Shown in pieces: positions 29,396 through 38,462 of a stretch of DNA of 54,411 bases. The stretch is taken from contig CAZHYZ010000003.1 in the NCBI GenBank assembly GCA_964537195.1, positions 1,355-55,765 of the forward strand, in the 5' to 3' direction. The stretch comes from an uncultured Methanosarcinales archaeon. GTDB taxonomy: Archaea; Nanobdellota; Nanobdellia; Woesearchaeales; GW2011-AR15. Both the position numbers and the translations under genes were made by a program. A model generated the notes under the pieces. The model was not told the origin of the DNA, did no database searches, and saw only the letters and a program-made list of their open reading frames with translations. Every line of letters starts with the position of its first letter. Within the stretch, counting starts at the first letter, position 1.

Positions 29396-30298
29396 CTAAT
29401 TACCTCGGTCAGAAGCTGTAAACAAAATCTTTCCATCACAAACTCCGCCTGCTCCGGATGGGATTTGTAACCTCCAATATGTTGAGCCGATTGAATCCTG
29501 TGATTCTGAAGTTCTCTGAGGTACAAAATACCCAGGTATCATTGAAGTACTGCTTGTCAGAGGATACATTAAAAGAAAGTCTGTTCCAGAAAACACATCA
29601 TATTTCTCATTACCTATACCAATATTACCGTAATCACAAGTCATAGCCAGATTATCTCCAGGTGTTGAACCCCAGCCTTCTACAGAGATATTAGCATCTC
29701 GATTACCTGCATTTGTAACGTTAGCCTGAACATCACTTGATGTGTCCCCCACACTCATTTCTCCATAATCAATTATCTCAGGCATTTTAATTGCTACCAA
29801 AGGTTCAATAGTTCCAGGATTTGATATGTTTGTGTTGGTAGCATTTTGATCGTCTATAGCTGTCACATTACAATACCAAGTACCATTATTTGCAAAATAA
29901 TTAACCTCAAAGGTACAAGTAAAGTTAGTAATAAAATCTGTTGGAGTTACTCTAGTACAAGTTGTATTCCAATAAAGATTGTTCTGATCCGAAAGTCCGT
30001 CTGATGGAACCCCGCTGTAATGAAGTGTTGCATTGACACCTGCAGTGTTATTATCATAATCATTAACACTAACATTACAATCTACTGTCACAGTATCATA
30101 TGCTACAAGATTTATGGAAGAAGGTATTTCTACATTGAATACAAAGGGTGCGGCATTTGTAATATTAACTGTTGTATTAAGTATAGATGTTTCGTTATAT
30201 GGTTGGCTTGTTCCAAAAGGCTGGACTAACAAAAACACCCACGTAAACAAAGCTAGTATTGTTAATGCTAAATAAATCTTAAGTTCTCTTTTCTCCAT
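29396..30298 (-). CDS. Family-B secreted or membrane-tethered protein
   Basis: N-terminal hydrophobic segment, NTTVNITNAAP, NNGTWYCNV, IDYG, NVTNAGNRDANISVEGWG, VPQRTSESQDSI, GAGGVCDGKILF. Close paralog of 44631-45566. Confidence 0.87.
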   Translation of the reverse strand: MEKRELKIYLALTILALFTWVFLLVQPFGTSQPYNETSILNTTVNITNAAPFVFNVEIPSSINLVAYDTVTVDCNVSVNDYDNNTAGVNATLHYSGVPSDGLSDQNNLYWNTTCTRVTPTDFITNFTCTFEVNYFANNGTWYCNVTAIDDQNATNTNISNPGTIEPLVAIKMPEIIDYGEMSVGDTSSDVQANVTNAGNRDANISVEGWGSTPGDNLAMTCDYGNIGIGNEKYDVFSGTDFLLMYPLTSSTSMIPGYFVPQRTSESQDSIGSTYWRLQIPSGAGGVCDGKILFTASDRGN

Positions 30299-30314
30299 TT
30301 CTACCCTCTCCCAT

Positions 30315-33278
30315 TTAATTCATCAAGTCTCTAAATAAACCCAGGAGTTCTTCCCTGCTCCCGGCTTTTCTTATTAAATCTGCTAATTCAACATTATGAT
30401 AAACTGTCTCAACCCAGTCTGCAAAATCATTCCCATTCTCCTGTACATGATAATAAAAAGTAAATTCATCTAAATTAGATACAACATCTGGAATTTCAGT
30501 TATACTCCTAATTACATCACCATTTCTAACATGGAAATATTGTTCAGGTATTGTCTTAATAGGATTATCTGATTGGAATATATAATCAAATCTGTTTTCT
30601 TTTGGCTTCTCAATAAAATCGGGCTTCTCCTCAACTTTTTCTTCCAATTTTTTTGGTTCTACAACTTTTTTCACTTTTTTCTGCTTATTCTTTACAAAGG
30701 GTATTCTCTCAACATAGGATGATAAATCAACATCATTTATAACTACGAGATAATACATCCCCAAACCCAAAACTATTACAACACCCAATATGACTCCAAA
30801 GATTTCAAATCCTGTCTGAGATATTCTTGAAATGAAAACTGAAAATCCTGTAATAAGGCTCTTTTCATTAATTACATAAATAGGATCTACTAAGATTACT
30901 GTTTTTGTATCTTTAGCACTCTCTGAGTTATCATTTGCTAATACAACGTATTTAATGTTCTCTTTGTCATAACTTAATGTGTCATAATGCCACATTATCA
31001 TTGGATCTTGCTTTAATACCACATAATCAGGTGTTTTAATATCTATACTAGAAATATCTCCTGCTACGGTTTTTGGAATAATTTCAATAGCAAGAACATT
31101 ACTTATTTCATCAGGCCTCTGATACGAGAATTTCTTATCTACCAAGACCCTTCTCTCTGTGGTCTCATCAATATATTCTATAGTAATTGTTTTTATCTCT
31201 GTTTCAACCTCAACATTATCATTAATCTTTTGCATCTCTCTTGAATATGAACTAATCTGTGAATCTGAATAATTACTTGTTTTCATTAACTCTGAGACTG
31301 CTAATTCAACATCTGAATCTGTAATAGATTGCAACACAGAAGTACTCTTATCTAACTCAAGACTTTGAGGTGTTGTCTTTCTTGTCCTGGCTACAAGAGC
31401 ATCCGCCTTTGAGAGTATTGTCCTTAAATCAGTATCAGACACTTTTTGTAGATCTAAATTTTCAAGCTGTGACAACTGTTTTTCAGCAGCAGAGGTCGCA
31501 TCTTGTACTTCTTTTACCAGAGAGATATCATCCACAGCCGCTTCCCTTGTTGCTTGATCCTTAAGATTATTTAGAGCATAATCCAAGTCTATTAACAAAG
31601 TATCAAGATCTTTTTCTGTTTCTTCTTTCCACTCTCTTGTATCTGGAGTCGGCGTGTTTTTTGTATTGGTCTGAGAAGATTGTTGTGTTGAACCTGACTC
31701 AGAATAAACATTTATTTCTTTAGATAGTGGTCCGACATTTCCTGCCTTATCAACAGCAGCTACTTTATAATAATACAACTGATTTAGAGAAACATCTTCA
31801 TCAATATATTCCTCTAAATTCGTTGTATCATAATTATTAATATAGCCAACCCCTTGTGAAGTTGATCTATATATATTGTAGTGGTCCGGTTTTTCCCCTT
31901 CATAATACCATTTGAGTATTATGCCTTCCTTTGAGGATACGGCCTCTACACTTTGAGGAGCTGCTGGTTTTACAGTGTCTACCAGAAATATGGCTCCATC
32001 TGTAATTTCAGTTCCCTCAATACCTTTGAGGTCGTATCCGCGGAAGCTGAATACACCCGATCTCGTTTGGTCCGATTCTTCAATTATAATGTGTCCTTTA
32101 TAATATCCATCTTTTTTTTCAAGATTGATATGCCTTTCAAATTTTGTTTCGTCTGTAAAAGAATATTTTAGTTCAGGAATAGTTCTTAGTTTTTTTGAAG
32201 TAAATAATCTGAGTTCATATGTTCCCGCACTTAGTGGTGGTGGTGTTTCAAGTATTATCTCAGCTTTTGGAGGAAGGATAACTTCAAATTCAATTTCTTT
32301 TGTAACAATATTTTCTACATTATCTTTACATTTCACATAAAACAAATACTCTTCTTCTTCTAGTTCTGTTAATTGTGTTGAAAAAGTATTTGAGTTTTCA
32401 GTAACAAACTCTTCCATATCATCAAAACTATCATCATCATCATCATACCTGCATTCTGACTCTTCATTAACTGTAACTTTAAGTTCTGTATATTCTGCAA
32501 CAACTACTGGTCCGGGTTCCACCACAGTGATTTCTGGTCCTGCAGTATCAACAATAAAATTAACCAAAACAGAATTAGGCATTATATTATCCAAATTGTC
32601 CTTACACTTAACATAAACTATATGTTCTCCTTCAGATAATGGGTTTGTAAAAGTATAATTATGTTTCTTCTGAATTCCATAAAATAGGAAATCCATGTTT
32701 TGATAAGATTCATCTTGATCTAATGTTCCTTTGCAGACTGCATTCTTGCTTGTGGTAACCCAGATTGAGGGTGTATTGTCTCCAATGATGGAATATTCTG
32801 TTTCTCCCTGCTGCTGGCTATCTTCAACTATACTAATGTTTGCCTGGATTTGTGAACTATCATGAACTGTTAATACTGTTACAGCCTCATCATAAGAACT
32901 TGCTTTGTAACCATTCTGTGTACTATAATTAATATAACCTGTATATGTTCCTTCATTTGGACCATTACACTGAACAGTCCAAGAAGGACTACCTGAATAC
33001 TGGATAAGAGGACCAATGTTGCCAAGATTGACTGTCTGGGGTGTTACAAAACTTAACCCTGAGTTTCCTGTAATATACAGCTTGGCATTTACTGAAGTAA
33101 GTGTGGTATTCTCATTATTTGTAATGTTGTGCGCTGTTATTGTTACATATTGTTGGTAATTACCACACAAATCAAAAGTAGTTGGGAGCAAGCTATCGGT
33201 ATGCAGTGATCCTGAACCAAATACTATAGGAACAAATAATAAAAACATACAGAGTCCTATAATTTTCTTTAAGTTCAT
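30315..33278 (-). CDS. Single-pass membrane protein: Ig/FN3 ectodomain, coiled coil, cytoplasmic DUF5752-like domain
   Basis: Signal peptide, FN3 (LKW...YNIYRS...YYYKVAAVDKAGN), TM FGVILGVVIVLGLGMYYLVV, and C-terminal FHVRNG...FYYHV...NDFADWV. Confidence 0.85.
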   Translation of the reverse strand: MNLKKIIGLCMFLLFVPIVFGSGSLHTDSLLPTTFDLCGNYQQYVTITAHNITNNENTTLTSVNAKLYITGNSGLSFVTPQTVNLGNIGPLIQYSGSPSWTVQCNGPNEGTYTGYINYSTQNGYKASSYDEAVTVLTVHDSSQIQANISIVEDSQQQGETEYSIIGDNTPSIWVTTSKNAVCKGTLDQDESYQNMDFLFYGIQKKHNYTFTNPLSEGEHIVYVKCKDNLDNIMPNSVLVNFIVDTAGPEITVVEPGPVVVAEYTELKVTVNEESECRYDDDDDSFDDMEEFVTENSNTFSTQLTELEEEEYLFYVKCKDNVENIVTKEIEFEVILPPKAEIILETPPPLSAGTYELRLFTSKKLRTIPELKYSFTDETKFERHINLEKKDGYYKGHIIIEESDQTRSGVFSFRGYDLKGIEGTEITDGAIFLVDTVKPAAPQSVEAVSSKEGIILKWYYEGEKPDHYNIYRSTSQGVGYINNYDTTNLEEYIDEDVSLNQLYYYKVAAVDKAGNVGPLSKEINVYSESGSTQQSSQTNTKNTPTPDTREWKEETEKDLDTLLIDLDYALNNLKDQATREAAVDDISLVKEVQDATSAAEKQLSQLENLDLQKVSDTDLRTILSKADALVARTRKTTPQSLELDKSTSVLQSITDSDVELAVSELMKTSNYSDSQISSYSREMQKINDNVEVETEIKTITIEYIDETTERRVLVDKKFSYQRPDEISNVLAIEIIPKTVAGDISSIDIKTPDYVVLKQDPMIMWHYDTLSYDKENIKYVVLANDNSESAKDTKTVILVDPIYVINEKSLITGFSVFISRISQTGFEIFGVILGVVIVLGLGMYYLVVINDVDLSSYVERIPFVKNKQKKVKKVVEPKKLEEKVEEKPDFIEKPKENRFDYIFQSDNPIKTIPEQYFHVRNGDVIRSITEIPDVVSNLDEFTFYYHVQENGNDFADWVETVYHNVELADLIRKAGSREELLGLFRDLMN

Positions 33279-33433
33279 TTTATCTTATCCAACACATCCT
33301 TATCTTTTTCTATTGCTTCCGCTATTGCTTTTTCTAAATAATCATTAAGTGTAATATTTTTGAGAACTGCGATTACCTTTGCTTTAGTATGAATTTCCTC
33401 ATCCAAGGCTATATTAACTCTTTTTTTACTCAT
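33275..33433 (-). CDS. 52-aa ribbon-helix-helix DNA-binding protein (ParG/HicB-RHH-like)
   Basis: MSKKRVNIALDEEIHTKAKVIAVLKNITLNDYLEKAIAEAIEKDKDVLDKIK shows a beta-strand plus two helices. ATGA overlap with the 987-aa gene. Below the ORF-track cutoff. Confidence 0.8.
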   Translation of the reverse strand: MSKKRVNIALDEEIHTKAKVIAVLKNITLNDYLEKAIAEAIEKDKDVLDKIK

Positions 33434-33455
33434 TTAATCTCTATTTAAATTAAAA

Positions 33456-33479
33456 GGCAATGGATTAAAATCCATTGCC
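33456..33479. promoter_or_regulatory. Perfect 11-bp inverted repeat upstream of the RHH gene
   Basis: GGCAATGGATT-AA-AATCCATTGCC, followed by TTTT on the minus strand, 22 nt before the ATG. Confidence 0.6.
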
Positions 33480-33695
33480 AAAGCTTTTCAAATCACTGCT
33501 AGGGGTGTTTTTTGTGGACTTGAGTATACTAAAATGGCTACTTATATGATTTTTATTAACTTTCTCATTTATATATTTTTCTATACAATAGTTATGTATA
33601 TTAAAATAATCATATTTATGATTTTTGTCGGTATTTTATTTTAATAAAATTAAAGAAAAGTTTTTATAATCTAAATTTCAGATATAAAGAGAGAG

Positions 33696-33992
33696 GTGCC
33701 TCCCTTTAAATTAAACAAACACGATAGATACATACAGGAACTAAGAAAAAAAATTGAGCACGATTACGACTCTGTTTCTACAAATGTCAAGATCCAAAAA
33801 AAGAAAAGATCTCTGGGAGAAATAGATATACTAGCAAAGAAAGGAAATAAGTTTGATATATATGAAGTTAAGTGCTCATTCAGAATAACAAAAGCAAAAA
33901 AACAAACTAAATCTATAATAAAGCATTTAAACTTGTCAATAAAAGACACATACTTTTATTGCGGAGCAAGTCAATCATTAATCCTATTGTAA
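33696..33992 (+). CDS. Small PD-(D/E)xK nuclease-fold protein (YraN/Hjc-like)
   Basis: GEIDILAKKGNKFDIYEVKCS motif, GTG start and TATA box upstream. Confidence 0.72.
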   Translation: MPPFKLNKHDRYIQELRKKIEHDYDSVSTNVKIQKKKRSLGEIDILAKKGNKFDIYEVKCSFRITKAKKQTKSIIKHLNLSIKDTYFYCGASQSLILL

Positions 33993-33993
33993 T

Positions 33994-34137
33994 TTAATTG
34001 GGGTTAAGTGGGATTGAATCACACTTCTCTTTCTGTTTGCATTTCTTGCATTCCACATTAATTATCTCTATAGCAGAAATCTTCAAATCATGCTCCCTTA
34101 CATAATTATATAAATCTTTTATATGTTCACAAACCAT
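33994..34137 (-). CDS. 47-aa putative metal-binding protein
   Basis: MVCEHIKDLYNYVREHDLKISAIEIINVECKKCKQKEKCDSIPLNPN, pattern CxH...CxxC-x5-C. TATA TTTATATA ~25 nt upstream. Not in the ORF track. Confidence 0.65.
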   Translation of the reverse strand: MVCEHIKDLYNYVREHDLKISAIEIINVECKKCKQKEKCDSIPLNPN

Positions 34138-34173
34138 AATAGAGAAATAAGCAAAAGAATAATATAAATTTTT

Positions 34174-36402
34174 TTAATTCTGCACTTCATATTTGGTTTT
34201 CATAGAATCATAATATTGTTTTGTCTTCTGGAATTTTGGATCTATCTGTATTAATTTTTTATAAAGTTTAAAAGCCTCTTCTGGTTGTTTTTTCTGAATA
34301 TAGAGACTAGCTAGATAATATAATGCACTTTTATGTTTCTCATTTTTAGAAATAATTTTTTTATAAATCTTTTCTGCATCTTCAAGTTTACTAGCTTTAT
34401 GATATTGTGAAGCTATCATAAACAATAGAGTTAAGTCATCTGGGTTCTCAGAGATTAACTCCTCAAGATGTTTAATCTTTTCTTCCTGACTTAAATCAGA
34501 GATTTCTTTTGCTATTTGTTTATAATCCAGCTTATTTGTTTTTTTCTCTGATGTTGCTTTTTTAGGTTCTGCACTTTTCTGTCCAAGTTCTTGTTCTATT
34601 TCCTCTTCTAGAGACTTATCTTCCTCTAAATCTTTATACAAAGCAACTATATCTCTATGTATTTTTTCAATTAATTTCAGGGTTTCATATAATTGATTAA
34701 GATTCTGATCTGCTTCAATTGTTTCTTTATATTGCTTTAATTCTGTAATATTGTCTGCAAGAGAATTCTCAACCTCTAGGGGTTGTTCCTCGCTGCTTTC
34801 TATTAACTCTTTTAGTAGATACCTTATGTCTTTCAATATTACAGCTAATTTTTTATCATATTTTTTATAGTTTGTTTTTTCTGAGAGAACTTTGAATGCT
34901 CTTTCTTCCTCTTTTCTTATCTCCTTTCTTTCAATTTCTATGATTTTCTTGAGATAGTCTTGGTGCTGTAGAATTAATCTCCTCAATAGCTGCTTTTTTC
35001 TCTTCTCATCATACACATAGGATTTGATTATGACTGCTACTATTAATGGAATTATTATTAAAACTAAAAAAGCTATCCATACTGCAATTTCACAGAGATA
35101 ATAAAGATAAAGAGAAATAGCAATTTCAAGTAGTATAACTATAAGGATAAATGCATTTAAATCCCGTTTTAAATTATATGCTTTCTTAAGCTGTTCTATT
35201 TTTCTTAATTTCTTGTATTCTCTAGACTCCTTTATATTCTTGATATACAATTTACCAAACAAATAGACTACCAGTGTAGCAATTGAAGAGAGAGCTACAA
35301 ACAACCAAGGAAACGGACCACACCCTCTAACTACAAACTTTGCTATAGTGCCTGGTTTTTCTAAGGTTGGCTTTTCACAAGGAGGACAAGGACCTCCGCA
35401 ATCAACTCCTTCTTCCCCTTGGTTTTTGAAACCATCTGTACAAGTAGGTATTCTACAAACATTATCTATGGGGTCACAAAATCCTGATTTACAATCAAAA
35501 TCAAAAAAACAGCTTTCTTCTAACTCACAAGGATCACAAATAAGACCACCACAATCTACATCTGTCTCATCCTGGTTTCTTCTTTCGTCAAAACAAGTAC
35601 CCTTATATTCACAAGTTCTATTTGTTTCAGGTTTAAGTTTTTCAGTACCACAATTGTTTCTATCAACACATTCTCTTATCTGTAATTCGTCAATTGGACA
35701 AATAGGTGGTTCCCAATCTGTACAGTGCCAATCCTCTTCACAAACAGATACATTCATACTGATCTGGCCACCTGCTAATCCTTCTCCGCCAGGGACAAAG
35801 GCTCCTCCGCCAATACTTCCTCCAGAACCGCCTCCTCCTCCTCCACAACCGCCACCACCACCACCACCGCCACCACCACCGCCACCGCCTCCTCCCGTTC
35901 CATTGGGTGGTGTAACATTTTGAGGACACAATCCACAGTCCTCTGCACAAGTTCTACATGATTCAGTTATTTCACACCACCCATTTGGACAGCTTGGCCA
36001 AGGTGTAACATTAACCATGTGATATTCTCCATAATACCAAACTGTATCTCCAAAAGTCTGGGCTGTGTCATTATATCCATTGCCAGGAACATAAAGATTA
36101 AAAATAATATTCTGACCATGTATCGCTCCTTCATCACTTGCTGTATAATTATCATCTCCCAAACAAGTTAGAACCCCATAATATCCTGGATCATTAATAC
36201 TCCAACTACCACAAGAGACGTTTCCTGCATAGATATCTATTGTTGTACCAAGAGGCAAAGGTGTTTTATTATAATCATAGACTGTAGCAGTTCCGTAGAA
36301 CTCTGTTGGAATAGGCGGTATGGATACTACTATGGGTAATATAAACAAGATAGTCAAGACTACTAAAAACTTACTCAGTTTGTCTCTTGATTTATGTGGC
36401 AT
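34174..36402 (-). CDS. Membrane protein with Cys-rich ectodomain, poly-Gly linker, three TMs, coiled coil and TPR tail
   Basis: Signal peptide, PPIPTEFYG module, CPNGWCE..C..C..DC, poly-G, CEEDWHCTDW (TSP1-like), NQxExxVDCGG repeats, hydrophobic helices and C-terminal TPR helices. Confidence 0.85.
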   Translation of the reverse strand: MPHKSRDKLSKFLVVLTILFILPIVVSIPPIPTEFYGTATVYDYNKTPLPLGTTIDIYAGNVSCGSWSINDPGYYGVLTCLGDDNYTASDEGAIHGQNIIFNLYVPGNGYNDTAQTFGDTVWYYGEYHMVNVTPWPSCPNGWCEITESCRTCAEDCGLCPQNVTPPNGTGGGGGGGGGGGGGGGGCGGGGGGSGGSIGGGAFVPGGEGLAGGQISMNVSVCEEDWHCTDWEPPICPIDELQIRECVDRNNCGTEKLKPETNRTCEYKGTCFDERRNQDETDVDCGGLICDPCELEESCFFDFDCKSGFCDPIDNVCRIPTCTDGFKNQGEEGVDCGGPCPPCEKPTLEKPGTIAKFVVRGCGPFPWLFVALSSIATLVVYLFGKLYIKNIKESREYKKLRKIEQLKKAYNLKRDLNAFILIVILLEIAISLYLYYLCEIAVWIAFLVLIIIPLIVAVIIKSYVYDEKRKKQLLRRLILQHQDYLKKIIEIERKEIRKEEERAFKVLSEKTNYKKYDKKLAVILKDIRYLLKELIESSEEQPLEVENSLADNITELKQYKETIEADQNLNQLYETLKLIEKIHRDIVALYKDLEEDKSLEEEIEQELGQKSAEPKKATSEKKTNKLDYKQIAKEISDLSQEEKIKHLEELISENPDDLTLLFMIASQYHKASKLEDAEKIYKKIISKNEKHKSALYYLASLYIQKKQPEEAFKLYKKLIQIDPKFQKTKQYYDSMKTKYEVQN
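35818..35897 (-). repeat. Poly-glycine codon tract (GGN)n
   Basis: A run of ccg/cca/cct triplets on the plus strand encodes a long poly-Gly tract interrupted by one Cys and ending GSGGS. Confidence 0.85.
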
Positions 36403-36403
36403 A

Positions 36404-37099
36404 TCAGCTAATCACCAACGTATCTGTGGTACTCATATAAATCCAATAACCATGGTAAAGCAAAGTATAATTCAAATCCTGATTACTTGGATAGAGTGTT
36501 GTGTTCCAAGTCCACTCCTTCCATTTATCTGTCTCTGAAGCATTATACAAGTGAACATAATGGAAATTTGGTACTAAACTACCAAAGGTGTCATTGACCT
36601 TTCTTATTGATCGGCTTGGATATCCTATTAAATTCCAGCCATCTTCTAAGTCTATTAAGGTGGGTGTAGACAGGTTACCATTAAGATAATACTCTGTTGC
36701 ATTTCCTTCAACATAAATCCAATATCCTCTTGCTCTTGAAATCTCACCTAAATCATGACGAACCCAAGAGGGTAAATCTGGATTATAACTTTTCCAAGGA
36801 TCGTCACTATCTGCCGGATTATAAAACCTAAGAGAGTCATAGGAATTGTTAAGAGGACTCATCATAAAGTCAATATCCAAGGGATCTGATAAACAAGGGA
36901 AAGAAACCAGATTCCAGCCAGGTTCTAAGGTCATATTACAAAAAGTTGCGCTCTTAGAGGTAATTACGAGCCTAGTTGAGATTATGGGCCACCCCGTAAA
37001 AACAGGTGTTCCAAATATTTCTGAAAAATTCATGAAGACATAACATAACATGATAATAATTGTAAGTACAGATAATATTTTTGCAGTCTTCTTTGTCAT
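36404..37099 (-). CDS. Membrane-tethered protein made of two 'GWNL' repeats, homologous to the giant protein's C-terminus
   Basis: N-terminal TM, LEPGWNLVSFP...RGYWIYV and LEDGWNLIGYP...HGYWIYM. Compare the giant's LIPTWNLISTP...GRGYWAEV. Confidence 0.8.
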   Translation of the reverse strand: MTKKTAKILSVLTIIIMLCYVFMNFSEIFGTPVFTGWPIISTRLVITSKSATFCNMTLEPGWNLVSFPCLSDPLDIDFMMSPLNNSYDSLRFYNPADSDDPWKSYNPDLPSWVRHDLGEISRARGYWIYVEGNATEYYLNGNLSTPTLIDLEDGWNLIGYPSRSIRKVNDTFGSLVPNFHYVHLYNASETDKWKEWTWNTTLYPSNQDLNYTLLYHGYWIYMSTTDTLVIS

Positions 37100-37344
37100 A
37101 GTATTTTACCCAGTTTTTTGGTCTTTTTGTTAGAGGCAAGCTTGTAAATCTTGAATTTTGAAATTTCGTTATACTTTATTATGTCCTGCTCCAGAAGCAA
37201 CTTCATAATTCTAAAAGTTGTCGCTAAAGGAACCTTAGTTCTTTTTGAAACTTTATTTATGTGAAAATATTCCTCTGGATTATCTAAAAACAGTCTTAGA
37301 ATTCTCAGAATCTTGTCATCAAATATACCCTCAAGTACATCCAT
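37096..37344 (-). CDS. Small winged-helix DNA-binding protein
   Basis: ILRILRLFLDNPEEYFHINKVSKRTKVPLATTFRIMKLL HTH. ATGA overlap with the next gene. Confidence 0.75.
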   Translation of the reverse strand: MDVLEGIFDDKILRILRLFLDNPEEYFHINKVSKRTKVPLATTFRIMKLLLEQDIIKYNEISKFKIYKLASNKKTKKLGKIL

Positions 37345-37448
37345 TGTATTTTCTAGTAGATTCTTGATTTATATATTTTTTTATTTTTGAAATATTTATT
37401 TCATTTTTGAAAAATAAATTTATTAATTCTTTAAACTCCCAATACTAA

Positions 37449-38462
37449 ATGGTAAGTCTCAGCTTATGCATGATTGTGAAAAATGAAGAAGCTTTCCTAA
37501 GACAATGCTTAAATTCTGTAAATAAATGTGTTAATGAGATTATTATTGTAGATACAGGTTCAACTGATAAGACAAAAAAGATAGCAAAGGGATTTACAGA
37601 CAAAACATATGATTTTGAATGGACTGATGATTTCTCTGATGCAAGAAATTTCTCAATAAAAAAAGCAACTGGAGATTGGATTCTTGTCCTAGATGCAGAT
37701 GAAGTAATTGCTAAGGAGAGCATTAAAAAGATTCTTTCCACAATCAAAGATACAGAACATGACTCATTTTATCTGATACAAAGAAATTATACTAATGATA
37801 AGTCAAGAAAAAACTGGGTTCATATAGATTCAGCAAAAAAAACCAAAAAAAGATATAAAGAAAGTAAAAAATATGATGGATTTATCAACAACCCAAACAT
37901 AAGGCTTTTTCAAAATAAAAACTATATAAAATTCAAAGGAGTAGTACATTCTGTGGTTGATAAATCAGTTAAGAATCCTGGTCATTTAGATGCTCCCATA
38001 CATCATTACTATGAAGAAAAAAAGAATAACTCATTGATAGAAAGACAGACAAAATATCTGGAAATGGCTAAAAAGAACTTTGATAAAGACAAAACAGGAA
38101 GAGCATATTACACTGCTGCCTCAATAAGTCTTTATTTCAAAAAAGACCACAAGTCTGCAGAGAAATATTTTAAAAAAGCACTCCAAAAAGGATATAATAA
38201 AAACCTCTCTATGGAAGGTCTAGCTCAGTGTTATCTTGAGATAAAAGATTATGAAAACTCATATCAGACATATAAAAAACTCATAGAAGAAAAGTATTAT
38301 ACTTCTTCTCTCTGTAACAATATGGCAAATCTTCTTGTGATGCATAAGCACTATAAGCCTGCATTAAAGTTACTAAAAAAATCACTCGAACTGGGAAATC
38401 CAAACAAAGAGAGAATTCTAAAGAACATTAAAACACTAGAAAAAATATTGAAGAAAGATTAA
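37449..38462 (+). CDS. GT2 glycosyltransferase with C-terminal TPR-like helices
   Basis: LSLCMIVKNEE..LRQCLNSV...IVDTGSTDKT...DDFSDARN...WILVLDADE. Confidence 0.9.
   Translation: MVSLSLCMIVKNEEAFLRQCLNSVNKCVNEIIIVDTGSTDKTKKIAKGFTDKTYDFEWTDDFSDARNFSIKKATGDWILVLDADEVIAKESIKKILSTIKDTEHDSFYLIQRNYTNDKSRKNWVHIDSAKKTKKRYKESKKYDGFINNPNIRLFQNKNYIKFKGVVHSVVDKSVKNPGHLDAPIHHYYEEKKNNSLIERQTKYLEMAKKNFDKDKTGRAYYTAASISLYFKKDHKSAEKYFKKALQKGYNKNLSMEGLAQCYLEIKDYENSYQTYKKLIEEKYYTSSLCNNMANLLVMHKHYKPALKLLKKSLELGNPNKERILKNIKTLEKILKKD

Noticed and set aside
33275..33992. RHH plus nuclease as a toxin-antitoxin pair
   Set aside because: The genes are divergent with separate promoters, and the RHH is coupled to the surface-protein gene instead.
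35348..35950. 191-aa poly-Pro and 70-aa W/R-rich ORFs
   Set aside because: Antisense and frameshifted readings of the poly-Gly tract in the 742-aa gene.
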